A DNA stretch of 64,000 nucleotides, taken from assembly GCA_030265395.1 (NCBI GenBank), contig JARFYF010000094.1, forward strand, positions 94,596,880-94,660,879. The letters run 5' to 3'. The position numbers and the translations under genes are program-made. The first letter of the stretch is position 1, and each line of letters opens with the position of its first letter. The stretch is from Rhina ancylostomus. Lineage: Eukaryota. Below are positions 49,960 to 62,860 of the stretch, in pieces. A model generated the notes under the pieces. The model was not told where the DNA came from, made no database searches, and worked only from the letters and a program-made list of their open reading frames with translations.

Positions 49960-50575
49960 TGAGACCCATAAGAAATAGGAACAGGAGTAGGTCATTCAGT
50001 CCCCTAAGTCNNNNNNNNNNNNNNNNNNNNNNNNNNNNNNNNNNNNNNNNNNNNNNNNNNNNNNNNNNNNNNNNNNNNNNNNNNNNNNNNNNNNNNNNNN
50101 NNNNNNNNNNNNNNNNNNNNNNNNNNNNNNNNNNNNNNNNNNNNNNNNNNNNNNNNNNNNNNNNNNNNNNNNNNNNNNNNNNNNNNNNNNNNNNNNNNNN
50201 NNNNNNNNNNNNNNNNNNNNNNNNNNNNNNNNNNNNNNNNNNNNNNNNNNNNNNNNNNNNNNNNNNNNNNNNNNNNNNNNNNNNNNNNNNNNNNNNNNNN
50301 NNNNNNNNNGCCTCTCATTCTTCTAAACCAATGAGTACAGACCCAACTTGTTCAACCTTTGCTCATAAGACAATCCAGGATCACCCTAGTGAATCTTCTC
50401 TGAATTGCATTCAATGATCTTAAATAATGGGCCAAAATTGTACACATATCTCTAGATGTGGCCTCACTAGTATCTGTACAGTTATAGGAAGACTTACCTA
50501 CTTTTATGACCCAATTTCATTAAGAGAAAAGCCAGCTTTCCATTAGCCTTCCCTATTAGTTGCTACACCCATATA
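49960..50575 (-). mobile_element. CR1 LINE 3' part spanning an N-gap
   Basis: cataagaaataggaacaggagtaggtcattcag before the gap; gccaaaattgtacac...gtggcctcactag after it. Confidence 0.75.
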
Positions 50576-50684
50576 CTACATGAGGTGCTTCTTTATTTTG
50601 GTTACTGGTTTATTCACATGATGCTGTAAATTTTTTTTAATCCAAATCCCACAAGGTATGATTATTAATGCAGGATAGAGGAAA

Positions 50685-50935
50685 GGAATTGGAATTGGTT
50701 TGTTATTGTCACATGTACCGAGGTACAATGAAAATCTTGTTTTGCATACCATTCATACAGATCAATTCACTGCACAGTACATCAAGGTAGTACAAGGTAA
50801 GACAATAACAGAATGCAGAATAAAATGTTACAACTACAGACAAAGTGCAGTACAGGTAGACAATAGTGTACAATGTCATAACAATCTAGATTGTGAGGTC
50901 AAGAGTCCATCTTATCGTACTAGGGAACCTTTCAA
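50685..50935 (-). mobile_element. Rex1/Babar 3' UTR with (CCAATT)n tail
   Basis: ggaattggaattggtttgttattgtcacatgtaccgagg...gtgaggtcaagagtccatc. Confidence 0.8.
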
Positions 50936-51337
50936 TAGGGGGATTGAATGGTGCTGTTAATAGGCTGATCATTTAAACATTTAGGGTATATAAAGAAGCT
51001 TGCAACAGGTACGGAATAAAGGAAAAGCTGAAGGCCATGTAGAAGTATGGTTCTGTCTGTTGGGTTTCTTTACATATCCGTCAACAAGAGAATATTATGG
51101 TCACTCAGCTCATCAGGAAGGTGAGAGCAGGTACAGCTTGTTTGAAGACCTTCTTCAATTAGAGGAAAGGCTCATTGAAAGGATCCTATGTTCACCAGAG
51201 ATACAGATGCCAGAAGGTCAGCATATAGACCAATGTTTGCAGTACAGTCAAAGCCCACATGAGGATGAAGTCCTTGTACATTTTTCCAGGTACGGAGATG
51301 GCGTAGTAGTGCAGAGACCAGTAGCTTGCAATGTAGT

Positions 51338-52245
51338 CATAGAATCATAGAGTCTTACAGCACAAGAAGAGCTGTAAGGGCATACTATGTCCAATAGCTA
51401 ATCCAAATAGCGGCCAAAGGGCCTACCATGTCCAATACAACCAACAAGTACTTATCCATACTATAACATAGAACCTAGAACAGTACAGCACAGGGACAGG
51501 CCCTTAAGCCCACGATTTTGTGCCGAATTACTTAAACTAGTAATTAAATGCCTAACTAAACTAATCCCTTCTGCCTACACAATGGCCATATCCCTCCATT
51601 CTCTGCAATTATCTAACAGCCTTTTAAACACCTCATTTTTTCCTCCACCACCACCCCTGGCAGCACATTCCAGGCACCCAACACTCCCTGTGCAAAAAAC
51701 TTGCCTCACACATCTCCTTTGAACATACCCCCATCACCTTAAATGCATGCCCTCTAGAATTAGATATTTTGACCCTGGCAAAATCATACCAGCTGTCCAT
51801 CTATGCCTCTTACAATCTTATAAACTTCTATCAGGTCTCCCCTCAGCCTCTGTTGCTCCAGAGAAAGCAACCAGTTTGTCCAACCTCTCTCTATAGCATA
51901 TGCCCTCTAATGCAGGCAACTGGATTAGCAGCCAGTCCTGCTAAACCTTTTCTGCACTGTCTCCTAAACCTCCGCACCCTTGTTATAAAGGGGAAACCAA
52001 AATTGAATACAATACTCCAGATGCAACCTAACCAGAGTTTTATGAAGTTGCAACATAACTTTCTGACTCTTGAGCTCAGTGCCTTGACTAATAAAGGCAA
52101 GCATGTTATATGCCTCCCTATCAACCTGATTAGGCACTTTCAGGGAGCTATGGACTTAGACCCCAAGATCCCTCTGTACATCAACACTGTTAATGGTCCT
52201 GCCATTAACTATGCACTGTCCCTTTGCATTTGATCTCCCGAAGTG
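51338..52245 (-). mobile_element. CR1 (HER1-like) 3' part plus an extra CR1 tail
   Basis: catagaacctagaacagtacagcacagggacaggccctt tail. accaaaattgaatacaatactccagatgcaacctaaccagagtttt corresponds to KTLVRLHLEYCIQFW on the minus strand. Confidence 0.85.
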
Positions 52246-52831
52246 ATTTCACAATTGGCCAGTTAGTTAGCATGACTAAGACCCATTTTTATTGTTCAAT
52301 GCCAAATTTATTTAATTACATGAACATAAATGCCTAAGGTGCCACAACAGGATTCAGGGTTATGTTCCTGAATCAATGGTCCAGATTGTCATAATGTTGA
52401 TCAAGAGCAAACTCACAGAGAACCCAAATGCAGCACACTGATACAAGACTGGAGTCAGGATACTTCCTCNNNNNNNNNNNNNNNNNNNNNNNNNNNNNNN
52501 NNNNNNNNNNNNNNNNNNNNNNNNNNNNNNNNNNNNNNNNNNNNNNNNNNNNNNNNNNNNNNNNNNNNNNNNNNNNNNNNNNNNNNNNNNNNNNNNNNNN
52601 NNNNNNNNNNNNNNNNNNNNNNNNNNNNNNNNNNNNNNNNNNNNNNNNNNNNNNNNNNNNNNNNNNNNNNNNNNNNNNNNNNNNNNNNNNNNNNNNNNNN
52701 NNNNNNNNNNNNNNNNNNNNNNNNNNNNNNNNNNNNNNNNNNNNNNNNNNNNNNNNNNNNNNNNNNNNNNNNNNNNNNNNNNNNNNNNNNNNNNNNNNNN
52801 NNNNNNNNNNNNNNNNNNNNNNNNNNNNNNN

Positions 52832-52908
52832 NCCTGGCCTGCTGAGTTCCTCCAGCATCATCATGCTTTTCATCTAGATTCCAGCATCTGCAGTCCTTTG
52901 TTTCTCTA
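52832..52908 (+). mobile_element. Penelope terminal-module tail after an N-gap
   Basis: cctgctgagttcctccagcatc...agattccagcatctgcagtcctttgtttctc. Confidence 0.8.
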
Positions 52909-54221
52909 ATATTTTAATATTTCTTCATGGAAAGATTGCATAGGGTAATCAATTGGTTACATGGTAGGTTCTGTTTAATTTAAGAAATAAAGCCTTCAGC
53001 TAAAGATAAGTACATCAAACTAAGTGTGATCAAACAAAATGAAAGCTGAAGATCATGTGAGGCAGACTTTAATCATTAGGTATTCTGAAGAGGATGCTTG
53101 GCTTTGATATTGTCAATTTTATGAAAGTAAAAACATGATTAATTTTCATTTCTCATACTGAAAATAAGCAAAGCCTTTGACGAACGAAAATAAACTCAGA
53201 GGACAAGTCATTAGGATAACTTAATAGGCCTGGTATTTTCTTCTGGTATTGTTAGAGGAAACGTTAAATGTAGTTCAAAAACGCAATTTCAAAACTAAGT
53301 GATTGTTCAGTCATTTTCAGGATTAATATTCATTTATGCAAACCTTTTCTCTTATGCCCCTGCATTAGAATGGCAAAATCATTCCCTTATTATACTGTAT
53401 AATACAGGACCACATGACTGTGTAATGGTGATATTATGACAGGTTTTGAGCTTTTTGAGATTTTTAAGTAAATTATTAAAATGCTTTGGAAGAATTACCT
53501 CTTTAAGATTCTTGTAGAACTCAGTCAGGCATTAGAGGCCTAAAATAAATAAATCTATTCTTATTTTGCCATAAATTTAGCTCCTCATTGCTACAGGACA
53601 ATTCTCTCACGTGCAGCCCATCTCTGTTATGCATCAGGAAATCTCCCTGAAGCTGATGTTCAAATACCATGACAGAACCCTATGACCACAATCCCACCCC
53701 ACACACAGAGCTGAATATCTCCAAGTGAAGTACTTAATCAGCTGTCATTATTGAATTTCTATTGACTATAGAAACTATGATGTAATTCAGCTAATTCTAG
53801 CTCGTATAAAATGGGTGACTACCCATCTAACACTTACAGTACTGAATTAGTTAACACCAACTACGGCTTAAAGTTCAAGAGGTTCTGGATGATATAAGTG
53901 ACAAAATTCATTTCTCCTGTTGAAGTCTTAACATTATTTCTCTTATCTTTAGTTACTTCTTTCATCATGAGCGTTAGCTTAACTGCATGGCTTGTAGTGT
54001 GTTACAGCTTCACTCCCTCATGATTGCCTTGTGCGTGTTGTTAGTTTCCTGGCAAGAATCATGCTCCAGACTGCTGCTGTGAACAGCATCATTTACAAAA
54101 AAGAATTTTAGTAGGAGGAGGATTTACTTTCTCTCTTTATCAATAACTTTTTGAACAGGTGATGGAGGAGAGGGTGCAAGACATTTCCAGTCTATATGTG
54201 ACAGCTGTAATTATCTGCATT

Positions 54222-54620
54222 ATAGAGTCATACAGCATGGAAACAGGCCCTTTGGCCCAACTGGTCTTAGCCAACCAAGATTCCCATCTAAACTAGTCCC
54301 ATTTGCCCGCGTTTGGCTGATGAAGGTTAACGTGCCAAAAGCTTTCTTCACCACCTTATCTGTCTGTGATGCCACTTTCAGGGACTTTTACTTCTAGGTC
54401 CGTCTGCTCTCCAACACTCCTCAGAACCTTACCATCAACTGTGAATGCCCTACCCTGGTTTGTCTCCCCAAAATGCAACACCTTGCACTTAAACTCTGAA
54501 TTAAACTGTATTTGCCATTCCTCAGCCCAGTTACCCAAAAGGCAAGATTCCCCTGTAAATCCTGATAACCATCTTCACAGTCATCAGTGTCACCTACTTT
54601 AGTGTCATCTGTAAACTTAA
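54222..54620 (-). mobile_element. CR1 tail + RT fragment
   Basis: ORF 54356-54538(-) reads NWAEEWQIQFN..KCKVLHFG...EQTDLEV. Confidence 0.8.
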
Positions 54621-54989
54621 TTTATGTTGGACTGTCTGTGCAGAAGCTACTTCCAGATGAGCATATGATGAATTTTATCTTTCTACACCTCAAATTAGTT
54701 TTTCCTTGCACTGATTAATAGGCAGTTTGAGTTGTGGCAATCTGGTCTGGTGATTTGTCAAAAGTTAAATAGTTCAAGCAATTAACTTATTCACCGAATA
54801 AATGCATAAGGTTATTGGTTGCTCTTCTCTCAGTCAACACAGAATCCATAGGCTGAGTAATGAATTAGCATCTGTTCTTTACAAAATTATCATTTAGAAT
54901 CATCAAATGATACACTACAGAAGGAGGCTATTCAGCCCATTGATGTATATTGTAATTGTATGCACCCTTTGTTGGGCCTTATCTGGATC

Positions 54990-55465
54990 ACTATCTTTAG
55001 CTTTGAGCACTAAACGACAAGAATGATAATTGGTCTCGGAACAAATTCACCAGAATTTAACAGGGTTTATCAGAGTAATTTACAAGGAGAAGTTGATTGA
55101 ACTTGGTTTGATTTTGTCTGAGTTTGAAAAGTTGAGGGATGATCTAGTGGAGATATTTAAAAGATTGAAAAGGGCAGGTGCAGCAAATTATTTCCTCCAG
55201 TAGGTCAATCCAGTGCAAGGAGCAGTAATTTTATAATTAGAACCAGGGGAATCAAGAGTTAAATCAGTAAGCATTCTTTCATACAAGGGGTAGTGGAAAT
55301 CTGGAACTTATTCTCCAGTTGAAGCATTTGACTGAGATTGATTACGATTAAATTATATTGAGGCTTCTATTCAGTAAAATAAATGGAATTGAGATGAATC
55401 TCAACTTTGATCAGATTAAATGGTGGACCAGACTCAAGGGGCAATATAGCTTGTTGCTATGGCCG
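54990..55465 (+). mobile_element. Old CR1 3' part
   Basis: aaattcaccagaat, gttgagggatgatctagtggaga and gggtagtggaaatctggaact. Confidence 0.7.
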
Positions 55466-56184
55466 ATGTAAGTTTTTGTGGTTATGGCAATATTCTATTC
55501 CCTTCTTTATACAACCTAATATTATCTTTGGTTTCTGGCAGCAGACAAACATTGGCATGGTGTCTTAATGTATCTATTTGTTATGAGTCCCAGATCTCTT
55601 TCCACATGTATCTGCGTCAACTATCTCCCATTAATTCTACGATCCCCCTGCTTATTTGTTATACCTAAATGAATGAGATTGACTTATTTACATTTAACTG
55701 CACCTGGCAAGAATCTTAAATTTGTTAGAAGGATGTGCCGTATTCAGTGATGACTTGTTTTGGAGGGAATCACTTAAGTATTGCACTAGTTTATGTACCA
55801 TTGGCTAAGTGGGGCAACTTTATTCAGCTTCTTGCTTTGAAGGAATTAAAAATGTAAAACTAGTGTGAATCTAATTGTGATAAAACGGATGCGGTACCCT
55901 GTGTTTCGCCTTGGTGTTGATGCCATGGCTTAATGTAACAACTGCCCTCAGGAAAGGGTCATTAGAACATAGAATACTACAGCACATGAAGAGGCCCTTC
56001 AACCCACAAAGTCTGTGCCTATCATGGTGCCAAATTGGTACTAAAGAATATTTTTGTCCTCTCTCTCTCTCTCTAGACAAATGTCCTAACATCAAACTTC
56101 ATATTGGTCATATCAAGGATAGAGACAGCATTAACACTGAAAGTAATGTGAAATAGGTTCAGTTTACTTATTCATTCAAAACAT

Positions 56185-56460
56185 AGGGGCAATGCAGGCA
56201 TTTACTTTTCATCCCTAATTGCCCTTGAATTGTGGCATGTGGGTTTGGAGTCACATGTAGGTGAGACCTGTGCATTAGATGTGTTTTTGTGAGAGTGTCA
56301 TCAGCATTACTGACACTCACTTTTCTATTCCCAATTTATTGAATTACCTAAAATTAAATTCCACAGCTGCTGTGCTTGGATTTGAACTCATGTCTCTGGA
56401 TCTTTAGGCAGCCCCCTGGACTGATGGTGCATGAATTGACCCATTGTGCCACTACACTTC
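56185..56460 (-). mobile_element. SINE of the 22665-23022 family
   Basis: catccctaattgcccttga is the reverse complement of the tail TCAAGGGCAATTAGGGATG. Also ggagtcacatgtagg and ggatttgaactcatgtctctgga. Confidence 0.7.
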
Positions 56461-58164
56461 TTCATGGCAATCTGACAGCCAATTTCACACTGCTGTTGAT
56501 TTTCTTCACTCAATGTGACATCAGCTGCCTAATTGACAAGAGTATAGTCCTGAGTGACGGTTAAAACTGAGTTTACTTCCTCATTCATATACATATTTAG
56601 AATTTGGACAACTAGCTCTGTGTATATGGAGTAGCTCCATAAATAGTGGATACACAATGCTTTTTCATATCTATTATAAATAGAAGCAACACTTGGATAG
56701 TCACTTCTCTTAAGTGGGGGCATCTTTTGTGTCTTCATTTAACTGAAAGAGTTGCAATATATAATTTATACTTTCATTCAGAAAGGCTACTGCAGTTGCA
56801 AATGAGTTACTGCAAACAAAGAAAGCATGTCCCATCTTATTAGTTTAAGGTAACTAAGTATGCATTCTGTATAATCTGCTTAGAAGTACACATACAGCAT
56901 ATCATACAGTCTTCCAGAAAATATAGACACTGAATACAATTCTTCAATAAATATTCATGAATTTACCACTAAAATCCTTATAGTGTATATACACAGTAAC
57001 CTACTGAATCTCTTCATAGATTTTACAAATAGTACTCTGTAGAATACTTCAGAGTATACAGATAAACTGAGCCATTTAAATTATTTCAGGACAGACAGGG
57101 TATTCCTGCAGTGGCCATACTTTCATAACACCATACATGGGAAGCTAATTTTCTTATTACAGCTTAAAAGTAGAGTGGCTTTCTGAGGCAGTTGAGTAAG
57201 TTTAAAATCATACCTGTGGATCAGTTTCCCTGAGTAAGTTGAACATTTACAAATCAAATAGCAGATGCCATCAAACAGCTTATTGATTATGTCACACCCA
57301 AAGGGATCACTTGGTTATTATCAATGCTTGAACTCATTGCAAATGACCTGGTAAACGTAATTATCATGAAATGATTTGTATATTATGCAGAGTGTATTGT
57401 TATAAGAGCACTTATTTTGCCAATGTTATTACCATCAATAAACTGTAATGATTACCTCCCAAATGGCATCTGGCCAGATGATTCATCGGTGATAACAATG
57501 CAGATAGCTTGGTTATCACATGTCTAAGTCCTTATTTTTTATATGAAAGAAGTATATTTCAGCATTGCCACAATGGCCATATCTCTTTGGGGACTTGCTC
57601 ACTGACCTGTTCTATTATAGATCTGGAATTAGCCATTTAATTTCCCCAGGTTTATTAATGGCATTTTATGATATCACAAATGCTTTGCTGCATTGAATTT
57701 CGTTAGGGGTGGGAGGTATCCCCACATTCATGAATGGGAAAAATATTGCTTTTCTGTACTTACAGTGGAAAGCAGGCCGATTTATCTCTGCTTTCACAGC
57801 ACTTACTTGCTTGAGGTGAGGTATTTGAAAACAAGAGGAGCCCATGCAAGAAGTGGAAGCAGCTCCTTTACCAGTGGAATCGAGGTATGAGGGACCCTTG
57901 AACAGAATGCAGGCAGCTCTGTGCTGTGGTGCTTCCTGGAAATGCATTGGCTATAGTTGAATCTGTTAGATTTTCTTAAGGTCCATGGCAATATAGATTA
58001 TAACCAAACAAGAGTCCATGAGATTTATACAGTTAACTGGTTCTTTAACTGTGGAATTTTGATTGTATCCAAGCTTGGTTATATTGCCCCACATTATAAT
58101 GAAACATTTACTCTTTTGACTTCCTTGGTAATATTTTGCCCCCCTTAAAGATATGATATTGGCT

Positions 58165-58610
58165 TAATCATGTTATCTTTGCTGAATGACTAGGTCTCTT
58201 GTCTCTGAATCAAAGGGTTATGAAATCAAGTACCAGAGTGGAACTTGATTACATAATCTAGGTCAACTACCTTGCAGTATGGAAAAGGTGGGGTATTACC
58301 AGGTATGATGCTCCTTCAAACAGAATTTCATTGAGGCTACACTTCATGTACAGGATGATGTTCAAAATCAGTTGATGTTTTTAGACAAGGGTAGAGAATT
58401 TGTCTGGTCTGCACAGATGCTGCTCCCTCAAAAATAAATTTCTTACATAGTCATCTCACTTGTGTTTGTTGGATGATGATATATGCAAATTGGCTGTCAC
58501 ATTTTCTTGTAGAAATGCATTTGCTAAACTTCCAGTTAATTAATTCCTCATGAAATGATTCTACAAGATGTTCAAGGTGCATCCTTTCAATCTTTTCAAG
58601 TACAAGTGTT
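58165..58610 (+). mobile_element. Old DeuSINE
   Basis: gtctctgaatcaaaggg...acataatctagg...gcaaattggctg. Confidence 0.55.
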
Positions 58611-58819
58611 TGAAGGTGATACCACTAACATATGTGGCAGATAGAGTATTGCATGGTTTTGCATTAAGAACTGCTCTCTATGTTGTTGCAGCTCTGTGGA
58701 ACTTGCTTGTAAGTCTGTTTATTTCTAAAGGAAATGTCAGAGTGAGAAGAAGCTAGCACCTTAAACTTACTGAAAAAAACCAGAAAATGCAGATCAGGCC
58801 GCATTTGTGAGAAAAGAAA

Positions 58820-58857
58820 CAGTTAACGTTTCCAATCGAAGACCCTTCATCAGAATT
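58820..58857 (-). ncRNA. Minimal hammerhead motif with intact core, within a Penelope module (about 58765-58857)
   Basis: The minus strand reads AATT-CTGATGA-A-GGGTCTTCGATTG-GAAA-CG-TT-AACTG. The GUU triplet obeys the NUH rule; stem I is weak. Confidence 0.6.
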
Positions 58858-60299
58858 CTTTTATTCAAGAAGGTGCCCTTGTTGTTAAATTGAATCACCA
58901 ANNNNNNNNNNNNNNNNNNNNNNNNNNNNNNNNNNNNNNNNNNNNNNNNNNNNNNNNNNNNNNNNNNNNNNNNNNNNNNNNNNNNNNAGAAAACCAATGG
59001 CCCAGAGTTCAAAAGCTTGAGGGGAGATAGCATTGGGTGGTGATGGTGGTGGTGGTGTGATCTCAGTAATCCATTCAACACCCAAGCACAGTATTCCGTA
59101 AGTGGCAGGTAATCCTTTTAGCCTGATTATTGCCCTTTAAGTGATGGCAAAAATCGGCCACAGGCAGCAGGAGGAAGAAAGGGAAAGTCAACTAATGACG
59201 AGGGTGGGGCCGTTTCACTCCCTCCTGCTCAGCCATTGGCATGCACTGCCAATTGTCAGGCCAATGGTTAGATGAACAAATTGGAAACAAATCCAGTGGT
59301 TTAACAGCCACACGATTCAACTTAATCGGAAAGAAGATGTTCTGCTTATTGCCCAGGTGTAAATCAGTGTAAATGTAAACAGCTTAGCCCAAGAGCATAA
59401 TGTTTAAATTAGAAGGTAGTAACAAACAGTGTGTATGCAACGTGAATAATTTGCTTCTCCTGGCCATAATGACCTTCACAACATTTTGCATTCCAAGCTG
59501 CTATCTCAAATAAATACGTCTTCAAGAACTGAATCTGCTTATTAGGACAATGTCCTACATCATCAATAACTTCCCATTGTTTTCCCAACAGAATTTTAAC
59601 AACGAGACTATGTCATCCTATGCAGGTCACTGAAACCATAGCAGAGGATTAATGCGCAATTTCTCCTGGTGGTGCATGCACATTTAAAACTGTTCCACAT
59701 CTTATTTCCATAACAATGGGCACAAAACCAAATCGATAACATTAATTTGATAAATATTACATTCTAAGACTACAGTAAAGCTTGCTGTTCAATTCTGAGT
59801 TTTTGACCTGGGAACACATAGCCCCATTTATAAATCCCACGTCAGATGATTTTTTTAACTTCTATTTCTGTCCACTCCACTCTTCCCCCTTTTCCAAGGA
59901 TGTTGTTGTCTTGCATGGAGTTTCTGTAGGGTAGGTCATCCTCTGTTATTGCACAAATGTGTTCATTTTGTATGTGTTGGACTCTGTGTCAGCCAGGCCA
60001 AATCCCCTTCTCACTTGAAGTCCAAATGTTGCCCCAACAGTCAGAACTCCATAACTATCGTGGATAAGTTGGCTCGATTTTGCTATACCTTTCCCTTTGG
60101 ATTAATCTTGCCTGCAGGTTGCACCTTTAAATGTGTTTCACATTTACTGATAACTTTGATATTATAGAAAAGTCAAATTTGTGAGACCTGTAAGCCGGTA
60201 CCATTTTAAGAATCAAATTTTACAATAGGATTTTAACATAAAAAGTACTAGGAAGGAGATGAGAATAACTTTGTTTCACAGTGAGTTGTTACCTAAAGA

Positions 60300-61725
60300 G
60301 GTTGTATGCAGAGATATTTCTATAAATATTTAATAATCTGCTAGATAAAGGTGTGGTGGGAAGCTAACATGATGCCTATATTTAACAGGTCAGAACATCT
60401 TCAGGGAATTATACACCAGTCAGCTTAACACTGATGGTAAGAAAACTAATGGAATCTCTACTAGAGGAGAGACTAGAAGAACATGTGAAAATTAAAAGTA
60501 TGTTAATGTCTAGTTTGCACAGACTCTAAAAGGGAATTTTTAAGGTACCAACAGAATAGTCAATGGCACTGATGTAGGTTATCTAGATTTTCAAAGGGCT
60601 TTTGATAAGGCTCGCAACAGTAGAGTGATGTATAAGGTCAGTGAACACACAGCCTTCAGACAGATGATAGAGAGTAGAAGTAAAGTGTAGTTGATCACAG
60701 TGGAAGAATGTGGGTGAAAGTGTCCCCACAAGGATCACTACCAGGACCACTGCTTTCACTTTGAAATACTAATTCGATGGGTAGGGCGGGATGAGGATGT
60801 GGAGTGGTTGGGAGTCAATGCTGAGGCGGCTGCAACAAATAACAGGACGACATTAATAAGCTTGTAATCAGGCAAATAATTGTCAAATAAAGTTCAACAC
60901 AGATATGTATAAGGTTGTATATTATGGTAGGAAGAGGAAATGAAGTTGCTTGTAAGGCAGAAGGTGGTGTAGAGGTAAAAATGGATCTCATAGAACAATC
61001 AATAACATTGTGCCAGAGATTAGTAAGGCAGTTTAAAAAAAAGGCAAAGATGTTACTTCTAAAGTGATAGAATTAAAAATTAAAGAAAGGTCCTGACCCA
61101 AAACGTTGACCACCTGCATCATAGAGTTTTTTTATCTAGATTCCAGCATCTGCAGTCCTTTGTTTCTCTAAAAATTGTGGAGGTTATGTCAAATCTGTAT
61201 CCAGCTTTGGTTAGGCCATACTNNNNNNNNNNGGTGTACTGCATACATTTCTGGTCATCAAGTTATACGGAGGATATAAAGGCACTGGAGAGAGTATAGG
61301 GAGGATTTACAAGGATGGTACAAAAAATGCAAGGACGTACACATCAGGAAAGGACGAACAATCTCGTCTCTTTATTTCTCAAGAAAGGTGAGGGTGACCT
61401 GTTAGATGTCTATAAAATTAAGAGATCCACTTATCAAGTGGATACAAGAGAATGTTTCCATCTGCAGGGAAGAGTATACCTAGAGGTCACCAATATAAGC
61501 TAATCACCATAAATTCCATTAGTAAATTCATATAAAACATCTTTACCCAAAGAAGCATATAAATGTAGAGTGTTTGAAATGAATGGTGTAGATACATTTA
61601 AGGGAAGGTTGACAAGCATAGAAGGGAGAAGGAAAAAAAGGTCTAAGCTGATAGACTCAGATAAGGAAAGCAAAAAATAAATACCAGCATGGACTTGTTG
61701 GGCAAAATATATTGATTCTTTGCCA
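60300..61725 (+). mobile_element. Old CR1 LINE RT region + 3' end
   Basis: DVGYLDFQRAFDK at about 60571-60609; gtccccacaaggatca (VPQGS-like); KALERV.GGFTRMV. Confidence 0.85.
61082..61168 (+). mobile_element. Short Penelope terminal module inserted into CR1, with an 8-bp TSD
   Basis: TAAAAATT at 61074-61081 and 61169-61176. The insert reads gaaaggtcctgacccaaaacgttgacc...agattccagcatctgcagtcc. Confidence 0.75.
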
Positions 61726-62589
61726 TTATCCTTGCAATCTAGCATTATGAACTGTAATGTGGAGTCTGAGAGGACAGTGGGAACAGTGTTAATAGTAACT
61801 TTCAAATGGAAAATAGATATATACTCAAAAAATTGCAGAACCATAGGGTAAGAGCAGGAAAGTGGTACTAATTGTCATCGTACTCAGAGCTGTCTCATGT
61901 ACACTGGGCTGAATGGCCCTCTGCACTGGTTTGCAGTTTTTTTATTGGGTTTCCAGCATTCTGTTTTCAGTGATTTTTGTTTTTCCTTTGGGGAAGGGAA
62001 AAGGATTTTTTTTCACTTTCCTTTGTGTAATGGAGCTTGGGAGCTGCTTCTCTCAAATCCATACCTCAATTCCTCTGAGGTACTGCCAGAGAGTGCACTA
62101 TCTAGGGGGCATTCAGATAGAAGTAACAATAAAGCTGTCGGATAGTTGTTTGGTTACAATCCAGAACATAAGATTTTCACATCTTCATGGATATTCTTAG
62201 AAATCTGGCAAACTTGCGGTAACAATAGATCAATGAAACTGTGACTTGGCTGAATCGCTGAGTGTGGATGTGTTCGTGCCAAGCTAATTCTGTTGGCTTT
62301 TCATTCTACGTTGAAAGATCAGCAATCCCTTGCAGAACAATGCTCATGGGATGGATCAAATCAACCAGCAATATGCTTAGAGGCTGCAGCGTAAAGAATG
62401 ACCGAGCAGAGAGATACCAGTGCATCAGATGTTGTGTGCTTCAACATACCAACATCTGGCCATGTTTACAACACTGCACCAAATGTAGACAGGAAAATGT
62501 TCAAATTTTAAAACAGTGCTNNNAACGCAAAGCAAATCAGTACTAATGCTTCTTGTTTGGATCTAAAAAGATAACACAATATTACCTCT

Positions 62590-62860
62590 CAGTCTTTGCC
62601 TTGGTATCACCTTTTTTGTCATTAATCCTTCCTCTCTTCCTCCTTATCACAGACCTGCCCTTTTTGGCTCTCCTACCCTTGCACCTTTTTTCTAGATGTT
62701 AAAACCTGTTCATTTCTAACTTCTCTAAGTTCTGTTGAAAGATCATCAAGTTGGATCATTCACTATTTTTCTCACCACCGCAGTTGCTTGGCTTTCTGAA
62801 CATTTCCAGCACCTTCCTGCTTGATATCAGATTTGGACCATCTGCAACATTTTATTTCTT
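62590..62860 (+). mobile_element. Old Penelope 3' end with a degenerate terminal module
   Basis: Pyrimidine-rich UTR followed by agttctgttgaaagatcatcaa...catttccagcacc...catctgca. Confidence 0.55.

Noticed and set aside
51377-51437. 20-bp direct repeat AGGGC.TAC.ATGTCCAATA
   Set aside because: Only two copies within a CR1 tail remnant; slippage, not an array.
59031-59060. Poly-His ORF 58794-59081(-)
   Set aside because: A (GGT)n simple repeat next to a gap; no coding support.
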